A DNA stretch of 39,545 nt, from contig JBDHHQ010000048.1 in the NCBI GenBank assembly GCA_039589315.1, forward strand, positions 1 through 39,545. The letters run 5' to 3'. The DNA comes from Gemmatimonadota bacterium. GTDB lineage: Bacteria; Gemmatimonadota; Gemmatimonadetes; Longimicrobiales; Gaopeijiaceae. Made by a program: the position numbers and the translations under genes. Shown one piece after another: positions 10,059 through 20,100 of the stretch. Under the pieces are notes generated by a model. It saw only the letters and a program-made list of their open reading frames with translations. It was not told the DNA's origin and searched no databases. Within the stretch, counting starts at the first letter, position 1. Every line of letters begins with the position of its first letter.

Positions 10059-10850
10059 ATGAACACCCAGACCTGGGTCTACACCCTGTCGGCCGTGGCG
10101 GTCGTGAGCCTGGTCTCGCTGGTGGGGGTCGTGACGATCGCCCGGGACACCGCCAGGCTGGAAAAAACCCTCGGCGTGCTCGTGAGCCTGGCCGCGGGTG
10201 TGCTGCTGGGCGGGGCCGTGGCGCACCTCCTGCCGGAGGCCGTGGAGGCTCTGGGCAACACGGTTGCCGTATCCGGCCTGTTCCTCCTGGGCTTCCTCGG
10301 GTTCTTCGTCCTGGAAGGATCTCTTTGGCAGCACCATCACCACTTCGGAGAGGAGCCGAAGGTGCCCCAGGGGCACCGCGGGCATCGTCATCATCCCGTC
10401 GTGGCCATGAACCTCATCGGCGACGGAGTGCACAACTTCATCGACGGCATGGTGATCGCCGCCGCCTTCGCCATCGACGCGAGGCTAGGTGCCGTGACCA
10501 CGCTAGCCATCATCGCCCACGAGGTACCCCAGGAGATCGGCGACTTCGGCGTCCTGGTGTTCGGTGGGCTCCCGGTCAGGAAGGCGCTCTGGTTCAATTT
10601 TCTGTCGGCGTGCATGGCGATTCTCGGCGCGCTGACCGTCCTGGTCCTGGGAGGGCGGTTTCCACTGCTGGCGTCCGTCCTGCTGCCCTTCACCGCGGGC
10701 AACTTCCTCTACATCGCGTCGGCCGACCTGATCCCCGAGCTACACCGTCACGACGCTCCTCGAAGGGAGAGGCTGATCCACACGCTCACGCTGCTTCTGG
10801 GGGTGCTGCTCATGGTGGCGCTCAGGATCGTGGAGCAGACCTTCGGCTAG
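10059..10850 (+). CDS. ZIP family divalent metal (Zn) transporter
   Basis: HNFIDG and HEVPQEIGD motifs, His-rich loop (QHHHHF...HRGHRHH), multiple TM segments. Confidence 0.93.
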   Translation: MNTQTWVYTLSAVAVVSLVSLVGVVTIARDTARLEKTLGVLVSLAAGVLLGGAVAHLLPEAVEALGNTVAVSGLFLLGFLGFFVLEGSLWQHHHHFGEEPKVPQGHRGHRHHPVVAMNLIGDGVHNFIDGMVIAAAFAIDARLGAVTTLAIIAHEVPQEIGDFGVLVFGGLPVRKALWFNFLSACMAILGALTVLVLGGRFPLLASVLLPFTAGNFLYIASADLIPELHRHDAPRRERLIHTLTLLLGVLLMVALRIVEQTFG

Positions 10851-10951
10851 TGCGGCGCCTCCGGAGCCCACGACATGGCGCGCGGAGCGGGCTCCGCCAT
10901 GATCGCCAACCGGCTCCCGAGCCCAGGGTTATCTCCGCGGGCAGGAACGAA

Positions 10952-10980
10952 AGCGGCCACCCCGGAGCAGGGTGGCCGCT
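10952..10980 (-). terminator. Intrinsic terminator-like hairpin
   Basis: Perfect 11-bp stem agcggccaccc/gggtggccgct with a short U-rich tail on the - strand, about 30 nt past the 11010 stop. Confidence 0.6.
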
Positions 10981-11009
10981 CGTCATATCTGGCCCGCGCG
11001 GCGCACCCG

Positions 11010-12365
11010 TTAGGAGGGGGGCGACGACCCCATGTAGACGATGCGGTAGATCGTGCCTTCGACGCTGTCGCTCACGTAGAGCGAACCGTCAGGCCCCTCG
11101 GCCACTCCCGTGGGACGTCTTGCCGCGTCTCTCGGGCTCTCGATCGTCCCGCCGGAGAAGCCTGCCGCGAAGGTCGACCATCCGCCTTCCGGCTGGCCGG
11201 CGTCATCCAGGGCGCCGAAGGAGATCTGATAGCCCTGCTGGACGGGAGTCCGGTTCCAGGACCCGTGGAACGCGATGAAGGCGCCACCTCCGTACTCGTC
11301 GGGGAACTGGCTACCCGTGTAGAAGGCGAGGTCGTTGGGGGCCCAATGTCCGGGGAAGGAGAGGAGCGGAAGGTCCATCTCGGCGCAGCGTCCGACCTCC
11401 TCGCCGTCACCTCCGTACTCGGGTCCCAGCACCTTCCTGTCCACGTCGTAGCGGTGGAAGCAGTACGGCCAGCCGAAATCGCTGCCCTCGGTGATCAGCA
11501 CGAACTCCTCGGCGGGGTTCTGGTTGCTCTCCTGCTCGGTGAAGTACTCCTCGTGGAGGGCGTGCAGTTGGTCTCGTCCGTGAACCACACCGTAGAGCTG
11601 CCCGGTGCCCGGATGGAGAGCGAGGGCGAAAGTGTTCCGTAGCCCGGTCGCGAACCGCGTGCCGTCGGCCTGGGTCTGTCCCGTCGCGTTGGCATCGAAC
11701 CGCCAGATCCCGCCACGCGTCTCGAGGTCGTCACAGGGGTCCTTCCCCGGCGATCCCTGTGTGCGGGCCTCCGCCATGCACGCATTCGACGGAGCCCCGA
11801 TGTTGACGTAGAGCGCGCCATCCCCCGAGATCGCGATGGACTTCGAGCGATGGTTGCGGTCGGCGGGCAACCCGGAGACCACGGTGTCCGGTGCCGCGGA
11901 CGGCGTCATGGTTCCTTCGGGGATCGAGTAGCGGAGAATGGCGTCGTCGGTGCCGAAGTAGACGTAGCCGCCGTGGAGCAGCACCTCGGAGCCACCGTTT
12001 TCTCCCCAGCGCTCCTCCTGGTCGGCGGCGCCGTCACCGTCCGTATCCCGCAGCACCACGATGCCGCCGGGGCCGTCGTCGTCCCGGCCGTTACGGATGG
12101 CCACGAAGATGTCACCGTTGGGCGCCACGTCGATGTGACGGGCCAACCCCACGCCCTCGTGGACCACGATGGCGCAAAAACCTGGCGGCAGGGTTATGCC
12201 GCCGTTCCCGGGCGTACAAAACCCAGCCATCTCCGAAGGCGCGCCAGTGGCTGCCGCCTCCACGGCTTCCTGTGGGGCGTCGTCAGCGGCGGGTGCGCCG
12301 CAGGCGGCGGCAAGGAGGAGGCAAAGAGGGGCCAGCGCCCCCAAAGAAAGGCGTGACGGGTTCAT
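11010..12365 (-). CDS. PQQ-dependent sugar / L-sorbosone dehydrogenase family lipoprotein
   Basis: Lipobox LAAAC; ATGLRN, DFGWPYC, HWAP and AFHGSWNR motifs. ATG 12365. Confidence 0.9.
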   Translation of the reverse strand: MNPSRLSLGALAPLCLLLAAACGAPAADDAPQEAVEAAATGAPSEMAGFCTPGNGGITLPPGFCAIVVHEGVGLARHIDVAPNGDIFVAIRNGRDDDGPGGIVVLRDTDGDGAADQEERWGENGGSEVLLHGGYVYFGTDDAILRYSIPEGTMTPSAAPDTVVSGLPADRNHRSKSIAISGDGALYVNIGAPSNACMAEARTQGSPGKDPCDDLETRGGIWRFDANATGQTQADGTRFATGLRNTFALALHPGTGQLYGVVHGRDQLHALHEEYFTEQESNQNPAEEFVLITEGSDFGWPYCFHRYDVDRKVLGPEYGGDGEEVGRCAEMDLPLLSFPGHWAPNDLAFYTGSQFPDEYGGGAFIAFHGSWNRTPVQQGYQISFGALDDAGQPEGGWSTFAAGFSGGTIESPRDAARRPTGVAEGPDGSLYVSDSVEGTIYRIVYMGSSPPS

Positions 12366-12414
12366 GAGTCCGACTCCGGGTGAACCTCCTGCAGGGCTTC
12401 CAGTGAAGCGCTGA

Positions 12415-12846
12415 CTATCGTCGAAGGCGGAGCACGCGGTCAACCCCGCCGAGAGCGGTCAACGCCTCGCGGAGCTCCCGGGGCATGCGCATGGGCTTGC
12501 GATTGGATCCTACCCAGACCCCGACGACCCGGGCCCCGGCGGCGAGGACGCCGTCCTGGCGAATCGCTTCCTGGGCCAGCGTCATGCTGCTCCCCCGAAC
12601 CTCGGATACCCATGTCTCCACAGTGAGCTCGTCGCCCCACCTCGCCTCGGCCCGGTACTCCACCTCCATGCGGACCACATAGATGCCCCAATCGTGTTCG
12701 AGGATGCGGGCGATGGGCCACCCACAGGCCTCGAGGGCGTCGAATCGGGCCTGCTCGAAGTAGTTGAGGAAGGCGGCGTGGTTCAGATGGCCAAAGCTGT
12801 CCAGCTCGTAGCTACGAACCTGGAAGTTGGATCGAACAGGCTCCAA
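12415..12846 (-). CDS. Acyl-CoA thioesterase (YbgC/FadM hot-dog fold)
   Basis: VRSYELDSFGHLNHAAFLNYFEQAR motif. TTG start at 12846 is preceded by AAGGAG. Confidence 0.9.
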   Translation of the reverse strand: MEPVRSNFQVRSYELDSFGHLNHAAFLNYFEQARFDALEACGWPIARILEHDWGIYVVRMEVEYRAEARWGDELTVETWVSEVRGSSMTLAQEAIRQDGVLAAGARVVGVWVGSNRKPMRMPRELREALTALGGVDRVLRLRR

Positions 12847-13058
12847 GGTGCTCTCCTTCGCGTCACCAACGCTGCCCCGTCCCGGGAACGCTCGATGGGC
12901 ATCACGGGTCCTCCCTGCGGCAACGGTCGGGTGCTGGGTGGTCGGGCGGCACAGGTTAGCGTGCACAGCGCTCGCCTGCACGGGCCGCCGTGGGCCCCGC
13001 CGCTCGGGGAAACTTGCCGGGGCGGGCAGGGTCGGTCTAACCTCGCTCGCACTCTGCC

Positions 13059-14651
13059 ATGCACTACCGACGACCGATCCCCACCCGCGGGCCCGCTCCT
13101 GGCCCACCGCGCCCCCGCCTCCCCCGTGACCGCCGGTTTCGAGTCCTCGCCACCGGTGCGATCTGCCTGATGGCGACCGGGTTGCACGGTGCTACCGCGC
13201 TCGTCGCCGCGCAGAGCGAGCCGGAGGCATCCGCCGACGAGACCCTTCTGGTCCTCGCCGCCGCCAGCCTGACCGACGTCCTGCCGGCGGTGGTCGAGGC
13301 GTGGGAGGAGGGCGGCGGCCGGCCGGTGCGATTCAGCTTCGCGGCGACCTCGCGGTTGGCCCGACAGGTGGATCAGGGCTCACCCGGCGACGTGTTCGTG
13401 TCGGCGGACCAGGAGTGGATGGACTGGGTGGAGGAGCGGGGGTGGATCGTGCCCGCCTCGCGCACGGTGGTGGCTGCCAATCGGTTGGTCGTAGCGGTCC
13501 CCGTGGGGCGGCCCGGGTATCTGGCCGGTCCGGCCGCTCTGGTCAATCCGGTCGCGGTCGCGCGAATCGGCATCGCGGACGCCAACGCGCCTGCGGGTCG
13601 ATATGCCAGGCAGGCCCTGGAGTGGGCGGGGGTGTGGGGGGCGCTGGAGGATCGTGTCGTGCGCGGCGGCTCCGTACGGGGTACGCTGGAATGGATTGCC
13701 AGGGGCGAAGTCGACGCCGGGATCGTGTACGGCACCGACGCGACGGTCGAGCCCAGGGTCACGGTGGCGTTCGCATTGCCACCGGAGAGCCACCTGGAGG
13801 TGGTGTACCCCGCCGCGGTGCTCCGGACCTCCACCGCCGCGGCCGAAGCTGCGGACTTCGTCGCGTTCCTGGGCGGCGAGCGGGCTCGGGAGATCTTCGC
13901 GAGCGCTGGCTTCCGGCCCGCTGTCTCACCTGTCGCACGGCTAGCGGGGGCACTGGTGCCCAGGGAGCCGGATGCGTGGTCCGCTATCCGGCTCTCGGTG
14001 GTGGTGGCCCTGGCGGCGACCCTGGTGGGCCTGGCACCAGCCGTCGCGGTGGGCTGGCTCCTGGCACGGAAGGAGTTCGTGGGGAAGAGCCTTCTCGCCA
14101 CCCTCGTGCTCGTGCCGCTGGTGCTCCCGCCGGTCGTGACCGGATTCCTGCTGCTCAGCCTTCTGGGATCCCAGAGCGTGCTGGGAGCCTGGCTCGTCAG
14201 CGTGGGTGTCGAGGTTCCGTTCACCCTGCTGGGCGCTACGGTCGCGGCCCTGGTCGTGGGCCTCCCCCTCTACATCATGGCGGTCCGGGGCGCATTCCAA
14301 GCCGTGGACACGCGCTACGAGGAGGTGAGCTGGACGCTGGGCGTACATCGGGCGGCCACGTTCCGCCGCGTGACCCTCCCCCTGGCCGTACCGGGCATCG
14401 CGGCGGGTGCCGTGTTGGCGTTCGCTCGGGCCCTGGGTGAGTTCGGTGCCACCATCGTCCTCGCGGGCAACGTGGAGGGGAGCACGCAGACCATCGCCTT
14501 GGCCGTGTACTCATTGCTGGAGTCACCCGCGGGACACCGGGCCACCTGGATGCTCGTGGGTGCCAGCGTGGTCATTTCCCTCGTAGCCCTGTTGGGCTTC
14601 GAGGCCCTGACCCGACGCCAGCGGGCGCGCCTGGAGGATCACCGTGGCTGA
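13059..14651 (+). CDS. modAB: Fused molybdate ABC transporter binding protein and permease (ModA-ModB)
   Basis: N-terminal ModA motifs (AAASL, FAATSRLARQ, PAGRYA, VYGTDA) are in one frame with ModB motifs (PLVLPPVVTG, FARALGEFGAT). Exact start uncertain. Confidence 0.85.
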   Translation: MHYRRPIPTRGPAPGPPRPRLPRDRRFRVLATGAICLMATGLHGATALVAAQSEPEASADETLLVLAAASLTDVLPAVVEAWEEGGGRPVRFSFAATSRLARQVDQGSPGDVFVSADQEWMDWVEERGWIVPASRTVVAANRLVVAVPVGRPGYLAGPAALVNPVAVARIGIADANAPAGRYARQALEWAGVWGALEDRVVRGGSVRGTLEWIARGEVDAGIVYGTDATVEPRVTVAFALPPESHLEVVYPAAVLRTSTAAAEAADFVAFLGGERAREIFASAGFRPAVSPVARLAGALVPREPDAWSAIRLSVVVALAATLVGLAPAVAVGWLLARKEFVGKSLLATLVLVPLVLPPVVTGFLLLSLLGSQSVLGAWLVSVGVEVPFTLLGATVAALVVGLPLYIMAVRGAFQAVDTRYEEVSWTLGVHRAATFRRVTLPLAVPGIAAGAVLAFARALGEFGATIVLAGNVEGSTQTIALAVYSLLESPAGHRATWMLVGASVVISLVALLGFEALTRRQRARLEDHRG

Positions 14652-15285
14652 CGGCGCTCCCTGGATCGAGCTGCACCTGCGGCTCTCGCTGGGCACGCTC
14701 GGCCTCGAGGCCGATCTGGTGTCGGAGCGCCATGCTGTGGCCGTCGTGGGGCCATCCGGATCCGGCAAGAGCACGCTGCTCCGGGTTCTGGCGGGAGTGG
14801 AGCGGAGCGCGTCGGGCAAGGTCCAGGTGCTCGGAGAAGTGTGGCAGGATTCAACCTCCGGCGTCTTTCGGCCTCCCTGGGCCCGGGGTGTAGGGTGGGT
14901 TCCTCAGGACGCCCTGCTCTTCCCTCACCTGAATGTCTCGGAGAACCTGGCCTACTCCGGCGCCCCTCGCGCCCGGGTGCGGGAGATGGCTCGGCTCCTG
15001 TCCGTCGACGCGCTCCTGGACCGGAGGCCACGCCGCCTGAGTGGCGGGGAGCAGCAGCGTGTCGCTCTGGGACGGGCCTTGCTCGCGGAGCCCCGGCTCT
15101 TGCTGCTCGATGAGCCCTTCTCGGCTCTGGACCGCCCTCTCCGAGCCCAGGTGGCGGACAGGGTCCGGACGTTCTGCTCCGAGCGCCAGGTACCCGTCCT
15201 CCTGGTGAGTCACGACGAGAGGGACGCGGAGGCCCTGGCCGACGAGCAGTGGCTGGTGGAGGACGGCAGGCTCCAGCCCCTTTGA
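14644..15285 (+). CDS. modC: Molybdate ABC transporter ATP-binding subunit, short form without TOBE domains
   Basis: GPSGSGKS, LSGGE, LLLDEP, VSHD and PQDALLFPHL. Overlaps the modB stop. Confidence 0.88.
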   Translation: MADGAPWIELHLRLSLGTLGLEADLVSERHAVAVVGPSGSGKSTLLRVLAGVERSASGKVQVLGEVWQDSTSGVFRPPWARGVGWVPQDALLFPHLNVSENLAYSGAPRARVREMARLLSVDALLDRRPRRLSGGEQQRVALGRALLAEPRLLLLDEPFSALDRPLRAQVADRVRTFCSERQVPVLLVSHDERDAEALADEQWLVEDGRLQPL

Positions 15286-15373
15286 GCGGCTCGGGACGAG
15301 CTCGAGGCGGCGAACGTCGGGAGAGCTCTATGAGGGCGACAGACCCCTCGACGTCCTCCCCAGCCGTTTCTCC

Positions 15374-16702
15374 CTACGACGCCGGCGCGTCTCGCGTAAG
15401 CCGATAGATCAGGATCGCGGCACGCTTGGCCTGCACGGGGATGGAGCTCAGGTCAACGCGCTCTGCCGGGCTGTGGGCCCCGGTGCCGATGGCCCCCAGC
15501 CCCGCCAACCCGTCCACGTACTCCGACACGAAAGAGATGTCGGCCCCGCCTCGCCGGCTGGGGTCCAGGGCCTGTAGGGTCCCGAGGCCCAGGTCGTCGC
15601 TCCCCCGATTGTAGAGATCCAGCAGCGCTTCGTTGCCTGCAGTAGGGGCCATGGGCGGATAGCCCTCGGCAAACTCGATGCCGGCGCTCGTGTGCGGCAG
15701 ATGCCGTTCCACCACCGCTCTCATGGCGGCCTGGGCTCGCTCGAGCTGCTCGGGAGAGATGGTCCGGATCCCACCCGCCACGATGACGTCCCGGGGCACC
15801 ACGTTGGTCTTCCCGAACGCCGTCCCGGTGGCGGTGTCCTCGTCATATGTGACGTCCGTGCCTCCGACGATGAGCCCCGCGTTGAAGGTGAGGTACTCCT
15901 CGCCCCGGACCTCCTCGTAGAAGTGGTTGAGGATCCGGGACGCCTCGAAGATCGCGCCGGCACCCACGTCGTTCGTGAAGATCTGGGAGGAGTGGGCTTG
16001 CTGACCCCGAACGGTGAGCTTCCACCCCGAGGCGCTCCGGCGAGCGATCGTCCCCCAGTCGCCCTCCGCGTCACGGACGCCGCCTTCGAACCCCAGGGCA
16101 ACGTCGCTCTCCTGGGCCGCGGCTATCAGGTCCCGGCGGACCAGCTCCAGCGGCTCGCCCGGCCGCTCCTCGTCGCCCGTGACCACGATTCGGATCGTGG
16201 TGTCGTCCAGGGCCCCAACGCTAGCCAAGGCCTGAAGTGCCAGCACCATGGTGACGTCGCCGCCCTTCATGTCGTCGGTGCCGGGACCGATGCCCACTGA
16301 GCCCCGCCGTTCGAACGTCTGGAACGCGTCATCCTTTTCGAACACGGTGTCCAGATGGCCGATCAGCAGGAGCCTCCGGCCGCGTTCGCCCTCGCGCTCC
16401 GCGTAGAGGTGTCCGGCGCGGTTGACCGAGGGCGGGAAGTCGATCCAACGGGTCTCGAAGCCGAGCGCCGCCAGCTCACCGTCCAGGATGTCACCCACCT
16501 CGCGGACACCCTCCAGGTTGAGCGTGCCGGAGTTGACGTTCACCAGCCGCTCCAGGAGCACGATGGCGTCCTCGGCGTGCTCGTCGACGTACCGGGCGAT
16601 GGCCGCCTCTTCGGGGGAGAGCTGGGCTCCCAGCGCCGCCGGAAGACCGGCGGGCACCACGAGCGAGAGGGTCAGGGTGATCGTGCGCATCATCCGCTTC
16701 AT
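15374..16702 (-). CDS. Secreted M20 family metallo-hydrolase (carboxypeptidase G2-like)
   Basis: IGHLDTVF, DDMKGG, GDEE, GAHS motifs; signal peptide. Confidence 0.92.
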   Translation of the reverse strand: MKRMMRTITLTLSLVVPAGLPAALGAQLSPEEAAIARYVDEHAEDAIVLLERLVNVNSGTLNLEGVREVGDILDGELAALGFETRWIDFPPSVNRAGHLYAEREGERGRRLLLIGHLDTVFEKDDAFQTFERRGSVGIGPGTDDMKGGDVTMVLALQALASVGALDDTTIRIVVTGDEERPGEPLELVRRDLIAAAQESDVALGFEGGVRDAEGDWGTIARRSASGWKLTVRGQQAHSSQIFTNDVGAGAIFEASRILNHFYEEVRGEEYLTFNAGLIVGGTDVTYDEDTATGTAFGKTNVVPRDVIVAGGIRTISPEQLERAQAAMRAVVERHLPHTSAGIEFAEGYPPMAPTAGNEALLDLYNRGSDDLGLGTLQALDPSRRGGADISFVSEYVDGLAGLGAIGTGAHSPAERVDLSSIPVQAKRAAILIYRLTRDAPAS

Positions 16703-16752
16703 CAGAAGGCTCCGTTCTCGACTCGACCGGCGTTCCTCGTTCGCCCGAGAAA

Positions 16753-19308
16753 CTACCGATTGGGGTGCGATGACCGTTGTCCGATGGGCGTCCCCGGGGG
16801 TGCCGGGAGACCCTCGGTCCGCTCTCCGCCCTCGTAACGCCGGGCAAGGAAGCGCTCGATGTCAGCCGCCGCCAGCTCCCGGTGTGCGGCCACCGAGGGG
16901 TTGGGTGTCTCCGCTGCACTGCCGATGACTCCCGCGATCTGGCGGAGACCCCATTCGGCCGCTGCGCGGGCCTCCACCGTGGCGTCCGCGTCGGATCCCA
17001 GGTTAACGAGCTCGTCCAGGACCGTGCGCTGGGCCACGCGCCCCAGGGGATCGGACGACGTGGCGGCGCGCCATGTCCCGTCCACGAAGCGCTGTACAAC
17101 CTCTTCGGGCGTCGGCAGTGACGGGTCACGCTGGTGGAAGGCCGCCACCCTGGCCATGCGGGCTGGGTGGAGGACACCACCCACGATCACCTCGCTCAGT
17201 GTCCGGGCGATGCCCAACTGGTCGAAGGCGGGACCTGCTCGGCTGTTGAAGTCGACTCGGACCGGTCGGTACCCGAACGGCTGGGGCGCCATGAGCTCCA
17301 ACACCGCCTCGGGAACCGCCAGCTCGGAGGGGTGAAGAGCCTCCACTAGAAGGTCCAGGGCTCGGCGCTGCCGCTCGCCGTCGATCAGCCTCGTGGGCGG
17401 CAGCGGGTCGCCCCGGACCGCATAACGGTAATCCATGCCGCCCACGGTCTTGACGGCCGCACCCAACGTGAAGCGGTGGTGCAGGTACACGGGCGTGAAC
17501 CGCTCGTTCAGCCGCCACATGGGGTCACCCGGAGCCACTGCCCTCTCGTCGAACCGGTCGATGAGCGTGCGGCGTACGTCTACCACCCGCTCGAGCTCAT
17601 CCAGCACGTCGGAACCGTTGATCCATGTGGTGGCGTCCGGGAAGGAGTTGGCGGACTGCTCCATGGGGTTCGTAATGAACAGGATGCCCTGGTCCAACCC
17701 CTCCTGGACGATGGCGGCCAGTCCCTCCGCCTCCGCACCGTCAGGGAACTCGGTGTAGGCCCAGCGGATGGCCAGGGTGTCGTACGCGCCTGGCCCGGGC
17801 CGATAGGCGTCGGTGAGGTCGAGGCCGTCCCCGTCGAGCCGGATCAACGGCGCCGGATAGTCCATCACGGACGCTCTACCGTAGCTGGCCGCGATGAAGT
17901 TGTGGGCCAGGCCCAGCGTATGGCCGATCTCGTGGGCCGAGTGCTGTCGGCGACGGGCCATGGCGAACTCCTCTGCGGTGACGTTCGGGTCGAGGGTCGC
18001 CACCCAGTCCAGTGAGCCACCTTCGCCAAGAAACGCTTCCGGTTCCCCGCGCCACATTGCCCCCGTTCCACGCAGGCCGTCGAGCGCACTCGAGGCTGCA
18101 GGCGTTCCTCCGATCGCGCCGTCGAGGGCGCCCGTTGCCGGCACGACGCCGGCATACAGGTTGAAGTCCGCAAGCGAGCGATGGGAGTCCATGCGTACGG
18201 CCGCCTTGATGATCTCACCCGTGCGGGGGTCCACGAACGACGGCCCGATGGACGACCCGGCCTCGGTCCTGTGCACCCATTGGATCACGTGGTAGCGGGC
18301 GTCCAGGGGATCCATGTCGGGAGGCATGTCCTCGACGAGGAAGCCGTCGATGAAGCCCGCGGCCTCGAACACCTGGTTCCACCAGGCGCCACCCTCCTTG
18401 AAGGCCGTCCGGTACGGTTCGGGGATCGCCGGATCCATGTAGTAGATCACCGGCTCCACCGGCTCGCTCATCTCGGCGTCCGGCTCGCGCTTCTGTAGCC
18501 GGTGCCGCATGGCGTACCGGGTGACGTAGTCCTCGTCGAACGACTTGCCGAAGTCGTAGAAGCGGACCGCGAACAGGCCGATGCGTGGATCGAATGTCCG
18601 CGATTCGAAGCCGTCGTCGGGGAGCCGCACGAAGGAGTGGTGCTGCCGGATCGTGAGCGATCCGCCCGCGGGGGTGTGTTGTCGGATCTCCGGGCCGGGG
18701 CGGTCGCTCGACAAGGTCAGGGAGGCCTCCACCTCCGTGTTCTCCGGGAATGCCTTTGAGCGGCCCAGGAAGATGGAGCTCCGGGATGAATCGAGGCGGA
18801 ACGTGCCCTGGTCCGCGCTCTGGAGTCGTTGGATCACTCCCATGACGTCCTGGAGGAAGAACGGCGTACCGTCGACCAGCAGACGCCCGTCCTCTTCCGC
18901 CACGATGTCGAACGCTGCCACCCGGGACGTCGGGAACGACTCCTCGACCGACCTGGCCAGCGCCTCGGTGCGCGCGCGCTCCACCCGGAACGACGGGTTC
19001 TGCAGCGTCAGGAACACCTTCGGGCCCACCCGCTCGAAGCGGGCGATGTACTCGCCTCCAATCATCCCGCGGTCCAGTCCCAGCGCGTTGGACCCGACGC
19101 CCGTGGCCAGGGACTGGAGGTAGAGGAAATCCTGGCCGAGGCGCGTAACCTCCAGGAGCAGCCGGCCCTCGGCAGCATCCCAATGGAGGGAGACGAACCC
19201 GTCCTGGCTCTCCATGGCGGCGGTGTACGCTTCGACGCTCTCCTGAGCAGTGGCACCGACGGGCAAGAGGAGGAGGCTGGCGAGGGCGAGGCGTGCGATG
19301 GTGTTCAT
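16753..19308 (-). CDS. Secreted zinc-dependent metalloprotease (metzincin, DUF5117/DUF4953 type)
   Basis: HEIGHTLGLAH plus Met-turn SVMDY; DPRTGEI. Signal peptide from ATG 19308. Confidence 0.9.
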   Translation of the reverse strand: MNTIARLALASLLLLPVGATAQESVEAYTAAMESQDGFVSLHWDAAEGRLLLEVTRLGQDFLYLQSLATGVGSNALGLDRGMIGGEYIARFERVGPKVFLTLQNPSFRVERARTEALARSVEESFPTSRVAAFDIVAEEDGRLLVDGTPFFLQDVMGVIQRLQSADQGTFRLDSSRSSIFLGRSKAFPENTEVEASLTLSSDRPGPEIRQHTPAGGSLTIRQHHSFVRLPDDGFESRTFDPRIGLFAVRFYDFGKSFDEDYVTRYAMRHRLQKREPDAEMSEPVEPVIYYMDPAIPEPYRTAFKEGGAWWNQVFEAAGFIDGFLVEDMPPDMDPLDARYHVIQWVHRTEAGSSIGPSFVDPRTGEIIKAAVRMDSHRSLADFNLYAGVVPATGALDGAIGGTPAASSALDGLRGTGAMWRGEPEAFLGEGGSLDWVATLDPNVTAEEFAMARRRQHSAHEIGHTLGLAHNFIAASYGRASVMDYPAPLIRLDGDGLDLTDAYRPGPGAYDTLAIRWAYTEFPDGAEAEGLAAIVQEGLDQGILFITNPMEQSANSFPDATTWINGSDVLDELERVVDVRRTLIDRFDERAVAPGDPMWRLNERFTPVYLHHRFTLGAAVKTVGGMDYRYAVRGDPLPPTRLIDGERQRRALDLLVEALHPSELAVPEAVLELMAPQPFGYRPVRVDFNSRAGPAFDQLGIARTLSEVIVGGVLHPARMARVAAFHQRDPSLPTPEEVVQRFVDGTWRAATSSDPLGRVAQRTVLDELVNLGSDADATVEARAAAEWGLRQIAGVIGSAAETPNPSVAAHRELAAADIERFLARRYEGGERTEGLPAPPGTPIGQRSSHPNR

Positions 19309-19598
19309 GGATCCCCCTGGGCGGATCTGGGCGTGCGGCTGCAGGGGGATTGTCAGCGGAAGGACGTCGGGCGACAAGGAGGGAGGGGTTCGAGCAGGAT
19401 ACGCGCCCTCAGGCGGAAGCGGAGCTTGGAGCCCAGATGCCCAGCCTCAGCGGTGGCTTCAGCTACACTACGACGAGCTGGGGCCCGGCTGTCGGGGTCC
19501 CCCACCCGGGCCCTGCACTCGCTCCGTCGACAGCGTCGGTCGGCCGTCCCGCCCGCGTGGTCAGCCCCGCTGCGAGGCCTTCTCACGGACCCGGGCGT

Positions 19599-19979
19599 TC
19601 AGTTGCCGATCGAGAAGATCAGGTTGCCGGTGCTCTGGGACGAGACCGTGACCACGTTACCGGGGTCGGCCAGGATCATCGGTGTCTCGAAGTCACCGAT
19701 GGCCTGGAACGAGGCCACGATCCTGAAGCCCGACGGAGAGTGTGGGGCGCGAAATCTCTCAGTGGAGCTGCCACTCACGCGCCCCAGCCTCCGCTGGCCA
19801 GCTCCGCCGTGGTAGTAGACCGTTGCGTCGGCGAACTGGTTGTTCTCGAACACGATCGTCACTTGACTCGACGCCGGCTGTGCACCCTCGGCGGTGTCTC
19901 CACCCCCCCCCCCACCACCGCCGCATGCCACCAGCATGCCGGCGCACGCGATGGCCGATGCCCTCAGGAAGTTGACCAT
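19599..19979 (-). CDS. Small hypothetical lipoprotein with poly-Gly tract
   Basis: Lipobox LVAC followed by eight Gly, then a beta-rich domain. AGAAGG upstream. Confidence 0.75.
   Translation of the reverse strand: MVNFLRASAIACAGMLVACGGGGGGGGDTAEGAQPASSQVTIVFENNQFADATVYYHGGAGQRRLGRVSGSSTERFRAPHSPSGFRIVASFQAIGDFETPMILADPGNVVTVSSQSTGNLIFSIGN
19903..19913 (-). repeat. G11 homopolymer in the lipoprotein coding strand
   Basis: Run of 11 C on the + strand. Confidence 0.8.
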
Positions 19980-20100
19980 CTGCTGCCTTCTCCTTCGTTC
20001 AGGTTGATGGCGGGCTTGTCACCCCTCCCTGGTCGCCGCGAGTACGCGAATAGCCGCTCAGAGGCGCCAACGATGGCGCTGGCGCGCGTCGCGCGGCCGG

